Translations under genes and position numbers: made by a program
Assembly (NCBI RefSeq): GCF_006345805.1
Contig: NC_043014.1
Location: 12,710,001-12,774,000, forward strand
Origin: Octopus sinensis
Taxonomy: Eukaryota
Direction of reading: 5' to 3'
Length of the DNA stretch: 64,000 nucleotides
The notes under the pieces: generated by a model
What the model saw: only the letters and a program-made list of their open reading frames with translations
What the model was told of the DNA's origin: nothing
Database searches by the model: none
Shown here: positions 37,001-49,907 of the stretch, piece by piece
How positions within the stretch are numbered: position 1 is the stretch's first letter
Layout: every line of letters begins with the position of its first letter

Positions 37001-37840
37001 CAACAGCAACACCAACCGCAACAACAACAACCACAGCATCAACAGCAGCGCTCTACAAAACAAACTTCACGGACTAAACAGTCTCAGAGCAAAAAAAATA
37101 AGCAGTCTTTATCTGAAGTAGATTCCAACCTGTCTCAATCAATTTTTGATCAAAATATGGCCCTTTACTTTCCAATTAACAACACATCTCCCCCACCACC
37201 CCGTACCATTCAAGGAGACACCCCAACATTTCTTTCTAGTAATCTGTTCACTTCTTCTACAAGACAAATTCCAAATACTTCTTCAACTGTTTTGAAAAGC
37301 AGTGATATCAGTACATCTTTTAATTCCATATTCCCACCTTCACGCTCTCAAAATGGTATTGGTTTAAACTTTCAAACAGGTTTCGGAATGAACACTGTCC
37401 ATAATGGTCCTACAAATACCCCACAGATTCCACCTCATTCCAGTGCTATGCCTAATTTACCACACGTGCCCAGTCTTGGTCTGGGGAATATTTTTTCTGA
37501 TGTGAACAGTACATCTCAGAATGAAGCACTGAATATCTCTCCAATCAAGTTCCCAACCAATTCTATTCTCCCTCCCCCTCAGGCTAGTATCGACCCCAAC
37601 TCACTACAACATCATCACCAGGGTGGTGCCCTCTACCATAATCGTAGTCATCCACCACCGCCTCCTGTTATTCACAACATGAGTATTAACAGTATCTTAA
37701 GTCACAACCCTCATGGCTTTGAACCAAGGGGTCCTGTGGCACAAGCTATCAACAGTACGGTCACGCCCTCTGGTTTCCATGGACCTAGTCATTCTTCATT
37801 TCCCATACCACCACTAAATTTTTCTATACATGAACACTGA
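31059..37840 (+). CDS. USF3: Giant terminal coding exon of the USF3-like factor (S/Q/N/T-rich, ~2260 aa)
   Basis: Acceptor TTCACCAG 31051-31058, phase 1; uninterrupted ORF to TGA 37838-37840. Motifs shared with USF3: WKG, TTDILAKAAESIF (cf. TDIVALAARAIF), YSAE twice (cf. YSAEALI), polyQ, terminal HNMSINSIL (cf. HNISHIL). Confidence 0.93.
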
Positions 37841-38871
37841 ATTACCAACACCCCTACAACATTACTGGTAGACCTGACTTGTCGACCAGGTTGTTTCTCA
37901 GTTTTAGATATTTAAAAATACTATTTATCTTATTTTTTTGTTTTGACCTGTTGCATCTCGTGAAGCACAGATTTTTCAATAGTTCCTACCTATTCAATTA
38001 ATATATATCTAAATTAATTTATGGTTTTAAATTCATTTTCTATTGTTTCTATGATTTTTAATTATTTCTATTCATCAGAACATTCATTGCTGACTAGTTA
38101 CAATATATTTTTCATGTATGTCAAAATATGTCCGTCCACTTAACATATATTGTAGTTAAAGAAAATGCCAAAATGTTTTGTTTTTTTTGTGTAAATTTTT
38201 ATCTCGTTTTATTTCTGTCAATTATTTCATCTACAATCTTCTCCTTGCATAAACTATGAAATATTATTCAATATTTTTAACAAAGAATTTACATGCATGC
38301 ACACACACCCACTCATACATACATACACAAATACACACACATTCACATGTGTGTACATGTATGTGTATATATATATATATATATATAAAACGAGAGTAAT
38401 GACTTTGCTAATTTCTATATATGTGTGTGTGTCTGTGTATGTGTGTGGTTATAGATATAGAGATCTATTTTTGTTTTTTCTCTTTCTCCTTTGAAAATAT
38501 TCAAATAAATATCGTATTTTTATTTACTTTTCGTATAAAAAAAAGAAATCCATATCTCCTCTGTATGTTTGTGTGTATGTATGTACATGTGTGTGTGTGC
38601 ATGCGCATATGTGCACATATCTTTACAGCCGGAATGTGATTGTTTGACATGCATGCTAGAAATAGCAGTCAGATATCTCCATATTTATCTGAGAAAACCT
38701 TTGATTTGGAGCCCAATAATTTGTATATGACAACACGATGTGTGATGTTTCATGTTCACCGAAGTAAACAAACCCTGGAAACTATTTTTTAAATTAATAC
38801 AAAACTCAACTGCAAGTTACATGTCATGATTAATGTGTGTATATGTGTATATATATGTGTGTGTGTGTATT

Positions 38872-39096
38872 TACAAAGGGGTGGTGAGAAGTTCCTGGCT
38901 TTGAGTAAAAGAAAATACAGAAGGATCAGTTAATTATGATTTTATTCAACGTATTCCCCTCTTGGATTCATTCATACACTTATTGCAGCAGTCCTTCAGT
39001 TTTTCTAAGCCCTATAAAAGGAGGCAGAAGGTTGGGCCTCCAATCAGGCCTTTCACGATACCCTCAAAACCAAGAACTTTTCAGCACCCATCTCTT
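38872..39096. mobile_element. Tc1/mariner MITE (~220 bp)
   Basis: Ends TACAAAGGGGTGGTGAGAAGTTCCTGGCTTT and AAAACCAAGAACTTTTCAGCACCC form an imperfect inverted repeat. Confidence 0.7.
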
Positions 39097-39103
39097 GTGT
39101 GTG

Positions 39104-39136
<33 letters not shown>

Positions 39137-40578
39137 CTGTATATATGTCTAGGTGTGTCTATTTAGTAAGAACATGTAAAAAAAAAATGGCATGTAATAG
39201 ATACAGACATTTGGTGCTCAGGCCAAACCAAGTACTTAAAATCCAGTGTTAAATGGAAGGATACAGAATCATTGCAATTAATAGCTGGTTACAGGTAATG
39301 TACCGGTCAAGTTCATGAAGGTATGATAAAATAAAACATGGACAGCTAGTTCTGAAGATATCAAATCATTCATAACATTGACATAGAAATGAAGATGAAA
39401 ATTGAAAAGTGAAAGTAAAAGTTCATAGTTCTTTTTAGAAAGGTAAAAATATTGATGAGACAGAAGAGCATCTAAGTAGTTCTTTTATTGGTTCAGTCTT
39501 GACAGGTAAGTAAAAATCCTGGGAATTACTACTGAAACCTTGCAAGTAAGACAGTGGAGAATGTGGGTAATCCTTTACAGCTGCCGCTGGGGGTTTGGTA
39601 TTCAGTTACAAGCTGTAAAATGCATTGTGTTTTCGTATACATAAAATAGATTAGTATTGGCAGATGTGTGCAGATCTGCATAAGTTTGAATTTCATGTAC
39701 AATTTCACCCCATTGTCAGAAGAGAATGAGGTCTAAGTAATGAAGATCTTGATATACATATACTCTTTTACTTGTTTCAGTCATTTGACTGCGGCCATGC
39801 TGGAGTATTGCCTTTAGTCGAGCAACTCGACCCCAGGACTTATTCTTTGTAAGCCTAGTACTTATTCTACCAGTCTCTTTTGCCGAACTGCTGAGTTACG
39901 GGGAAGTAAATACACCCGCATCGGTTGTCAAGCGATGTTGAGGGGACAAACACAGACACATAAACATATACGCACACATACATATACACGATGGGCTTCT
40001 TTCAGTTTCCATCTACCAAATCCACTCATAAGGCTTTGGTCGGCCCGATGCTATAGTAGAAGACACTTGCCCAAGGTTCCACACAGTGGGACTGAACCCG
40101 GAACCATGTGGTTGGTAAGCAAGCTACTTACCACACAGCCACTCATTATATTTTTGTTAGCCTACCAGGCAAAATTCTTAGCAGCATTTGGTCCATCCTT
40201 ACACCCTGAGTTTGACCCTTTAGCATTCAGATTATTGTCAAATGTAATGTTTATTTATTCACATTGTTTTGAATTAATCATGCATTATCTCATAGCTTCA
40301 AGATTTCAATGATATGACTGTTTATTTTTAGAATGACATTGTAGGGTAAGTGTGATAGGCCAGATCTGGCTGCCTTGAAAATAAAACAGGTAGAAGATTG
40401 TGGCTGGCTTAATTGCCTTTCATCCTTTTGGGGCTGATAAAATAAGTACCAGTTAAGTGCTGGGGTTGATGTAATCAACAATCCCTCCCACCCAAAAAAA
40501 TTTTCAGGCCTTGTATCTACAGTAGAAAGGATTGTGTAATAACAGATTGCTTCTGTTCCATGCAACTCAAAAGTGTCA

Positions 40579-40725
40579 TTGGCTCATCAAACAACCCTAG
40601 CTCCTCAGGTTCATGGAACTGAATGAAGAAGAGCCCAAGATGGCTTCCTAGTATAAGACTGCGATTGGTCAATGCAGGTCACAACACCATGTGACCTGAC
40701 GAGTCAGGTTCGTTTGATGAGCCAA
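40579..40725. mobile_element. 147-bp MITE-like element, superfamily unassigned
   Basis: TIR TTGGCTCATCAAACAACCCT / AGGTTCGTTTGATGAGCCAA; GTCA directly flanks both ends. Confidence 0.6.
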
Positions 40726-40924
40726 GTCAGACTATTACCAAATACATATAACTCCTGTCAAATGTGTTGAGTGCCACCTTTCGTTTGTCCAGGCATGCTT
40801 GCATGGTAAGAACTTAGCTTTCCAACCACATGGTTCTGGGTTCAGTCACTGCATGGCTTCTTGAACAAGTGTCTTCTACTATAGCCTTGGGTCGACCAAA
40901 GCCTTACAAGTAGGTTTGGTAGGC

Positions 40925-41655
40925 AGAAACGTTAGCACGCCGGGCGAAATGCTTAGCAGTATTTCGTCTGCCGTTACGTTCTGAGTTCAAATTCCGCTGA
41001 GGTCGACTTTGCCTTTCGTCCTTTCGGGGTCAATAAATTAAGTACCAGTTACACACTGGGGTCGATATAATCGACTTAATCTGTTTGTCTTCTCTGTGTT
41101 TAGCCCCTTGTGGTAGTAAAGAAATAGGTATTTCGTCTGCTGTTATGTTCTGAGTTCAAATTCTGCCGAGGTCGACTTTGCCTTTCGTCCTTCGGGGTCA
41201 ATAAATTAAGTACCAGTTACGCACTGGGGTCGATATAATCGACTTAATCTGTTTGTCTTCTCTGTGTTTAGCCCCTTGTGGGTAGTAAAGAAATAGGTAT
41301 TTCGTCTGCTGTTATGTTCTGAGTTCAAATTCCGCCGAGGTCGACTTTGCCTTTCATCCTTTCAGGGTCGATAAATTAAGTACCAGTTACACACTGGAGT
41401 CGATATAATCGACTTAATCCGTTTGTCTCCTCTGTGTTTAGCCCCTTGTGGGTAGTAAAGAAATTGGTATTTCATCTGCTGTTATGTTCTGAGTTCAAAT
41501 TCCGCCGAGGTCGACTTTACCTTTCATCCTTTCAGGGTCGATAAATTAAGTACTAGTTATGCACTGGGGTCGATTTAATTGGCTTAATCCCTTTGTCTGT
41601 CCTTGTTTGTCCCCTCTGTGTTTAGCCCCTTGTGGGTAATAAAGAAATAAGAAAC
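40925..41655 (+). repeat. Head-to-tail tetramer of SINE B (~170-bp units) nested in a SINE A
   Basis: Units start GTATTTC at 40959, 41128, 41297 and 41467; the host SINE A resumes as GAAACTGAAAGAAGC at 41651. Confidence 0.9.
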
Positions 41656-42687
41656 TGAAAGAAGCATGTGTGTGTATATATACATACATGTGTGTGTGTA
41701 TATATATATATACACACACATATATATACATACATATAATCATCATTTAACGTCTGCTTTCCATGCTGGCATTGGTTGGACTGTTTGACAGGAGCTGGCT
41801 AGGCAGAAAACTGCACCAGATTTCATTGTCTGTTTTAGCATGGTTTTATGGCTGGATGCCCTTCCTAACACCAGCCACTCAGCAGAATGGAATGAGTGCT
41901 TTTTACGTGGTACCAGCACAGGTATGGTCAGTTTTGGCATGGTTTTTTTACATGGCACCAACACTGGTAGGGTCAATAAGTAACTTGCAAAACAAAGACC
42001 CTTTGAGATTTTGTGGTGACCCCCTTCAGTCAGACACTGACCATGGGTTTGCACCTAGAGAGTTACCTTCTGAGGCACAAGTCTGGGCAAAGTTGTTTTA
42101 TGGAAGACCAGTAGTCGCCCATGCATACCGGCCTCCCCTCTCCATATCACCGATGTTGCCCAAGGGAAAGGCAAAGGCCGATACAGCTTGGCACCTGTGA
42201 CATCGCAACTCTTCTACAGCTGAGTGAACTGGAGCAACGTGAAATAAAGTGTCTTGCTCAAGAACACAACACGCAGCCCGGTCCAGGATTCGAGCTCACA
42301 ACCTCACGATCGTAAGCTCAACGCTCTAACCACTGAGCCACGCGCCTGATATTTTGTATAATATATATATATACATGTGTGTGTTTTGTCTTTGTTTCTG
42401 CGTTTTTCTCCACCGCTGCTTGACAACTGGTGTTGGTATATTTATGTTCCTGTAACTTAGCAATTCAGCAAAAAAGATTGATAAAGTAAGTACCAGGCAT
42501 AAAAAAGAATAAATACTGGGGTTGATTTATTTGACTAAAATTCTACAAAGTGGTGCCACAGTCTAATGACTGAAAAAAGTAAATTTTATATATAAGCTGC
42601 CATGCAGTGGAACTGAACCCAGATTGAAGTGGTTGGGAAGCAAGTTTATTAACCACATAGTCATGCCTGCATCTTTTAAATACTAAA

Positions 42688-43258
42688 TATTGGGTTGTCT
42701 GGAAAGGTCGTGCCGATTTATAGTAGCTTACCTTTCAACTTATTTTAGAACATGGTTGAGTCCATAAAATAGGATTTGACTACACCTCCATTTAGAGCAC
42801 AGTTTAAGCTATCTTTTCTTGGAAGAAGGTTTATCGTCCTATAACCTGTGTTAATTCTGTAACCCTTTAAAATGGAAGATAAGAAAGTTCATTTTCGGCA
42901 CTTGATGCTTTGGGAACCAGACAAAAATTGCTGCAGCTCGGCTGGGATGTGTTACCCCACCCTTCATATTCACCAGATATTGCTCCTTCGGATTGTCACT
43001 CATTCAGGTCTCTGCAGAATAGTCTTAATGGTAAAAATTTCAATTCCTTGGATGACGTAAAAAAGATACCTTGATGAATTCTTTGCCATGAAACCACCTG
43101 AATTCTGGGAAGAGGATATTTTCAAGTTAAGGGAAAGATGGAGAGGCATTGTGCAACAAAATGGTTCTTTTTTGATTGATTAAAAATACACTGGCAAGTA
43201 TTTATTGACCTTTTTCTTTCCTTTAAAAATTGGCACGAACTTTCCGGACAACCCAATA
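42688..43258 (+). mobile_element. Internally deleted mariner element with both TIRs
   Basis: TATTGGGTTGTCTGGAAAGGTCGTGCCGATTT vs reverse complement TATTGGGTTGTCCGGAAAGTTCGTGCCAATTT (29/32); N-terminus MEDKKVHFRHLMLWE fused to YSPDIAPSDCHSFRSLQNSLNG. Confidence 0.92.
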
Positions 43259-44029
43259 TATATTATATTTGGTTGTCCATGAAGCTTCTACTTAAATTTT
43301 GTGAAGTAACTTCTCAGAAAGACTGTGCATCACTGAACTCAAACTCTGATCAAAAGGTATTCCAGCAGGACCATCCCATCTCTGCAAAGAGATGGAATGG
43401 TCCTTTGAATACATCCTAAGTCTACATTATCCATTATCCAATCTGCATCCTCCCTTTTTGCTAGTAGGATGGGCTTTGTGGGTGATTTAGCTGCTACCTG
43501 TAGCAGGTCGAATGAACAGAGATCTCTTTGTTGGCTGATGTTGTAACTTCCTGATTGAGATCTTGGATCAAATGCATTCCGGCCATGACCACTTCTCCTC
43601 TTGAACATTGCATATTTAAGCTCATTGGGCTCGCAATCATGAGATCGTGAATTCAATTCCTGGACTGGGCTATGTGTTGTTTTACTGATCAAAACACTTT
43701 ATTTCACATTGTTCTAGTTTGCCCAGCTGTGGAAATGAGTTGCGACATCACTGGCGCCAAGCTGTATTGGCCCCTTTGCCTTTCCCTTGGATAACATTGG
43801 TAACATGGAGATGGGAAGCTGGTCTTCCATAAACAACCTTGCCCAAACTTGTACCTTGGAGGGGAACTTCCTTGGTGCAATCCCATGGTCATTCATGACC
43901 AAAGGGGGTCATTACCCTTTATATGTGTGTATAAACATGGCTGTCTAATTAAGAAGCTTGCTTCCTAACCAGGTGGTCTCAGGTTCAATTCCACTGTGTG
44001 GCACTTTAGGCAAATACTTTCTACTATGG

Positions 44030-44387
44030 AAGCACTCCGTCGGTTACGACGATAAGGGTTCCCGTTGATCCAAATCAACGGAACAGCCTGCTCGTGAAAT
44101 TAATGTGTAAGTGGCTGAGCACTCCACAGACACGTGCACCCTTAACGTAGTTCTCGGGGATATTCAGCGTGACACAGAGAGTGTCCTTGAAATACAGGCA
44201 CAACAGAAACAGGAAGTAAGAGTGAGAGAAAGTTGTGGTGAAAGAGTACAGCAGGGATCACCACCATCCCCTGCCAGAGCCCCATGGAGCTTTTAGGTGT
44301 TTTCACTCAATAAGCACTCACAACGCCCGGTCTGGGAATCGAAACCGCGAGTCCACTGCTCTAACCACTGGGCCATTGCGCCTCCAC
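44030..44387 (-). mobile_element. tRNA-derived SINE family D, adjoining a truncated SINE A
   Basis: Minus head GTGGAGGCGCAATGGCCCAGTGGTTAGAGC...GGTTTCGATTCCC; the body differs from families A-C. Confidence 0.7.
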
Positions 44388-47300
44388 TTTTTAAAAAAAA
44401 ATTTTTTATGTACTCATGTCTTAATATCAGGAGATTGTTGTAAATAAGCATCATCATCATACAAGCCATGCTGTTCATTTCTAGTTTTCTATGAAGAACC
44501 TGTCTTTCTACATGGATGTCTGGCCAGTGAGTTTTACCTTATCTGGAAACAAGTGAAGACTAGTAACAAGAAGGGTGTCCAGCCACAGAAATTATGCCTC
44601 AACAAATTTTGTTTCACTCAATGCTTGCATGGAAAAGTGGACATTAAAATGATAATATATATTCTTTTACTTGTTTCAGTCATTTGACTGTGGTCATGCT
44701 GGAGCACAGCTTTGAAGGGGTTTTAGTTGAACATATTGGCACCAGTGCTCATTTTTTAAAGCCTAGTATTTATTCTGTCAGTTTTTTTTGTCAAACTGCT
44801 AAGTTACGGGAACGTAAACATGTCCCTGTTGTCAAGTGGTGATAGGGGAAGGAGCAAACACAAAGACACACACACATACATATATATATATACACAACAG
44901 GCTTCTTTCAGTTTCTTTCTACCAAATCTACTCACAAGGCTTTGGTCGGCCCGAAGCTATAGTAGTAGACACTTGCCCAGAGTGGCACTGAATCTGGAAC
45001 CAAGCTTCTTACCACACAGCCATGTCTGCACCTATATCATATATCTTATCGTTTAACGTCCGCTTTCCATGCTAGCATGGGTTGGACGGTTCAACTGGGG
45101 TCTGGGAAGCCCGAAGGCTGCACCAGGCCAGTCAGATCTGGCAGTGTTTCTACAGCTGGATGCCCTTCCTAACGCCAACCACTCCGTGAGTGTAGTGGGT
45201 GATTTTATGTGCCACCAACACATAATAATAATAATAATAATAATGGTGTGTATAAATATCAAAAGGTGTAATGGGTGGCAGATGATATATTTCCCTGCTA
45301 GCAATGTAAACAAGAGTACTCATATGCACCAAAGGCCCATATGAGAGGTTCTCTCATGGTAAGTATTGCAGTATAATGTGTTCTAACACAACATCCATTT
45401 TTAAGTGGGGATAAATATTACCTTTTGGTATTAATATTGCTTCTACTGCTAATTGTTATATGTGTAGATGCAGGTGTGGCTGTGTGATAAGAAGCTTGCT
45501 TCCCAACCACATGGTTCCGGGTTCAGTCCCACTGCATGGTACCTTGGGCAAGTGTCTTCTATAGCCTTGGGCTGACCAAAGCCTTGTGAGTGGATTTGGT
45601 AGGTGGAGACTGAAAGAATCCCGTCGTGTAATTCTAAGGTTGAACGAACGAGGTCGATTTTGTTCTCTAATACATTCCTCACGGAATACACTTCAACTAT
45701 AAATATATATGTATGTATTTATGTGTGTGTGTCTGTGTTAATGCCCTCCCCCCACCGCCATTGCTTGACAACCGATGCTGGTGTGTTTATGTACCCGTTA
45801 CTTAGCAGTTCAGCAAAAAAGACCATTAGAATAAGTACTAGGCTTACAAAGAATAAGTCCTGGGTTTGATTTCAACTAAAAAACTCTTTATGGCAGTGCT
45901 CCAGCATGGCTGCTGTCAAAAGACTGAAATGAGTAAAAGAATAAAAAGGAGGATATATCATCAACATCATTATTGTTTAATGTCCGTTTTTCTTGCTGGA
46001 ATTGGACAGTTTGACTGGAACAGATGGATCGGAGGACTTGGCCAAGTTCTAATGTCTTTGGCATAGCTTCCACAGCTGGATGCCTTTTCTAACACCAACC
46101 ACTTTACAGAATGTAAATAAAAAATGATATAAATGCGCCCTTTTTAAAGCCTAGCCAGGCTCATGGGCCCTGTTTCCTGGTTTCAATGGTGTATGTGTTC
46201 CCCAGCTGGACAGGATGCCAGTCCATCACAGCATTACTCATTTTTGCCAGCTGAGTGGACTGGTGCAACGTGAAATGAAGTATTTTGCTCAAGAACACAA
46301 CACGTCGCACGGTCCAGGAATCAAAACTACAATCGTGATGCTGACACCCTAACCATTAAGCCATGCGCCTCCACTTACAGAATGTACTGGATACTTTTTC
46401 ATGACACCAGCACCAGTGAGGTCACCAGGTAACTTGCAAGGCAAGACAAAATGCTTCCTACTTCAACTAAGTGGGGTCATAGTGTTGAGAGGTGTAAAAG
46501 TATGACAGAGGAACAGGAGCAGGTATCCTGATAAAGAGAAAATGTACAACTTCCCCAACTAGAAAGAGAAAGAGAGAGGGGGAGATGGTGAGGGTGCACC
46601 CTTAGGGGACAAGGTGAATATAAGAGAGAATGAGGATAAAGGAACAGAAAGTGATAGTGGGGGCTGGTAAGTTTGTGAGTACGTGACATGATTAGATAGG
46701 GGGATTGAAGTAGACACAGTGAAAGGGTCACGTTGTGGAGGCAAGGCAAATTGTGAATGTCAGTTTGGGAGGGAGTGAATGGGATAGGTGTGGGTCAGGG
46801 ATGTGGAGGTGATAAAGGACAGTTATAAGTATAGGGAGATAAATGGTACCATTTGCAGCTGTGACTCTCAACGGAGGCCTATATGGCACTTGGGGGTTCA
46901 TATAAACATTTTGTTGTTCAAATTGATGCAATAAATTCTTTATACTTCTACAATATGCAAAATATTTTTGCAATTTTTTTTTTACATGCTTCCTAGTGGT
47001 AAGTAGCTTGCTTATGAACCACATGGTTCCGAGTTCAGTCACACTGCATGGCACCTTGGACAAGTGTCTTCTATTATAGGAGTCCATAGGTAAACAAAAT
47101 GCTTGAGTACCACTGATTTAAAGCATCTGAGAGAATAGTGCCATAGAAGATTGATGAAGGGATGTGCGTTCGAGTTTGAGGTGTTGAGGAAGGCTTGACA
47201 GGGGATCATTTTTACTGAGGTGGACTGGTCTTCCCAAGCCCAGCATATCACCATTCATCTTGATCCTTTGCCATCTCCTTTCTGAGGCTCAGCATCTTGA

Positions 47301-47863
47301 GGTCGGTCTTCACTACTCCATCCATTTTCCTGAGTCTCCCACTTCTTCAGGTTCCATCCAAGTTTAGTGATCAACACCTTTTTATGCTGCTGTCCTTATC
47401 CTGCCAGCCTGCTCTTGCCCCTGTGCCGGTGGCACGTAAAAGACACCCACTACACTCATGGAGTGGTTGATGTTAGGAAGGGCATCCAACTGTAGAAACA
47501 TTGCCAAATCAGAATGGAGCCTGGTGCAGCCTCCATGGCTTCCAGACCCCGGTCGAACCGTCCAACCCATGCTAGTGTGGAAAACGGACGTTAAATGATG
47601 ATGATCTCATGACAATACCATGGCAGTCTTCACACTTCACATGGCCTTTGATACCCAGTTTTTCACTCAACACATCTGTACTTTGTTATACATACACACT
47701 GACATTGCACATCCACAAAGCATACTACCTTCATTTCTTTCTAGTCTTTGCAAATCCTCTGCATTCATGGCCTCAAGTTTCACAACCATCTAACATTGCT
47801 GTTCATACATAAGCATCATACAATCTACCTTTCAGTCTGAGAGAGAGGGCCCTTTGTTACAGA

Positions 47864-48050
47864 GGTTAAGTCAAGTTAATTTTTTGGCTCAAAAAGCAAA
47901 AAGCAAGGCCATGTAGGGGGACATGGAGTTATGTACAGGGTGGTGTTCATGCAAAGAGTTCAGGCCATTTCTGGTCAAGGGAGACTTTGAACCGAGCGGT
48001 CGTCGGCATCTTCACTATCTCGTCCGGCAGATTATTCCACAGATACGCTC
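47864..48050 (-). mobile_element. CR1/L2-like LINE 3' end
   Basis: Minus strand LWNNLPDEIVKMPTTARFKVSLDQKWPELFA* (WNxLP...FKxxLD motif), short 3' UTR, TTAAC-type repeat tail. Confidence 0.75.
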
Positions 48051-49218
48051 TTATCATATGCACACATACATTCATCGTCGTTGTTTGAATGTTAACTTTT
48101 CCATGGTCGCATGGGTTGGGCAGGATTCGCTGGGGAAGATTTTCTACAATCAGAGGCCCTTCATATCACCAACTCTCCTCTGTTTTCAAGCAAGGTAACA
48201 TTAGAAATAGACACTGCTTGTATAGCGGTGGTTCTTGTTTACAACTACTATGCAATGCTAAGGGACATAAATACACTACTTTGTTTATTCCGGCCACCTG
48301 CCTAATAGTGTCTCAAATCCCTCTGGGTAGAAAGACTGTGGAAACTCATTGGATTTTCAGTATGTATGGTTCAAAGGTCGCTCTTAATGTGCTCAGGTAT
48401 TATACATTAAAATTACAAGCATATGTGGAAAATTCAGAGGAATACTCAACCATTTATCCTATACTTGAATGGGTAGTCAGTTCTCTTTTACTCTTCTATT
48501 CTTTTACTTGTTTCAGTCATTTGACTGTGGCCATGCTGGAGCACCGCCTTTAGTCGAGCAAATCAACCCCAGGACTTATTCTTTGTAAACCTAGTACTTA
48601 TTCTATCAGTCCCTATTGCCGAACTGCTAAGTTACAAGGACGTAAACACACCAGCATCAGTTGTCAAGCGATGTTGGAGGACAAACACATGCACATATAC
48701 ATATATACGACGGGCTTCTTTCAGTTTCTGTCTACCAAATCCACTCACAAGGCTTTGGTCAGCCCGAGGCTATAGTAGAAGACACTTGCCCAAGGTGCCA
48801 CGCATTGGGAATGAACCCGGAACCATGTGGTTGGTAAGCAAGCTGCTTACCACACAGCTACTCCTGTGCCTAATGTTGAATAAACAATTAGAATATCCTT
48901 GTTAGAGCAGACAGAATATTCATTTATCTTATGTGAGAGAGGGGGCATACACACACATGCACACGCACACTAATAGAAAGAGATTGAGTGTGGATGGGAG
49001 GGTGGTGGCATATGTAAGTTAGACACTGGGCAACAAATGAAAAACTTAAATACATAGAGGACTGGCTATCCAAATCGACAGTGGCTTAGCTTGAAAATGC
49101 AATTAAGAATATGAAGACAAGGAAAGCCACTGGCCCATGAGGAATCACCACTAAGATACTTAAAATATCTGGCAGAATGGGATATGACCTGGTCACCTGT
49201 ATAATTAATCAGGTTATC

Positions 49219-49437
49219 TCTTTCTTTACTACCCACAAGGGGCTCAACACAGGGAGGACAAACAGATTAAGTCGATTATATCGACCCCAGTACATAACTG
49301 GTACTTATTTAATCGACCCCGAAAGGATGAAAGGCAAAGTCGACCTCGGCGGAATTTGAACTCAGAACGTAGCGGCAGACGAAATACCGATAAGCATTTC
49401 GCCCGGCGTGCTAACGATTCTGCCAGCTCGCCGCCTT
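49219..49437 (-). mobile_element. Full-length SINE B monomer with 18-bp target-site duplication, inside an old RTE fragment (~49085-49575)
   Basis: Flanks ATAATTAATCAGGTTATC (49201-49218) and ATAGTTAATCAGGTTATC (49438-49455). Confidence 0.88.
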
Positions 49438-49907
49438 ATAGTTAATCAGGTTATCACAAGGGAGTCATATCCAATGATTGGTATAGCAGCATTATAGTCG
49501 ACTGCTACAAAAGCAAGGGTGTTGCCCTTGACAGAAATAATTACAGAGGCATCAAATTGCTGGACCAAGTGATGAAAATTGCTTGTCCTCTACATCCTTC
49601 TCCAGCTGAGCATTCCTAATCTTGCAGGCTTGTAGGTGTTGGTGCCACATAAAAAGCACCTGTACCGGTACCATGTAAATGTACCCATGCCAATGCTGCA
49701 TAAAAGCACCCAGCACACTCTGTAAAGCGGATGGTGTTAGGAAGGGCATCCAGTTGTAGACACCATACCAAAATGGACATGAATCTAGGGGCAGCTCTTC
49801 GACAGGCCAGCTCCTGTCAAACTCTCCAATCCATGCCAGCATGGAAAATGTGTGTTAAATGATGATGATATAGGCATACAGATAAACAGATTAGATAGAT
49901 AGATAAG

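Noticed and set aside
39935-40312. Recurrent ORFs of the type RLWSARGYSRRHLPKVPHSGTEPGTMWLVSKLL
   Set aside because: They are translations of SINE A, recurring wherever the SINE lies on the minus strand.
40925-41655. CRISPR-like or satellite interpretation of the ~170-bp array
   Set aside because: No unique spacers; the units are SINE B bodies in a eukaryotic context.
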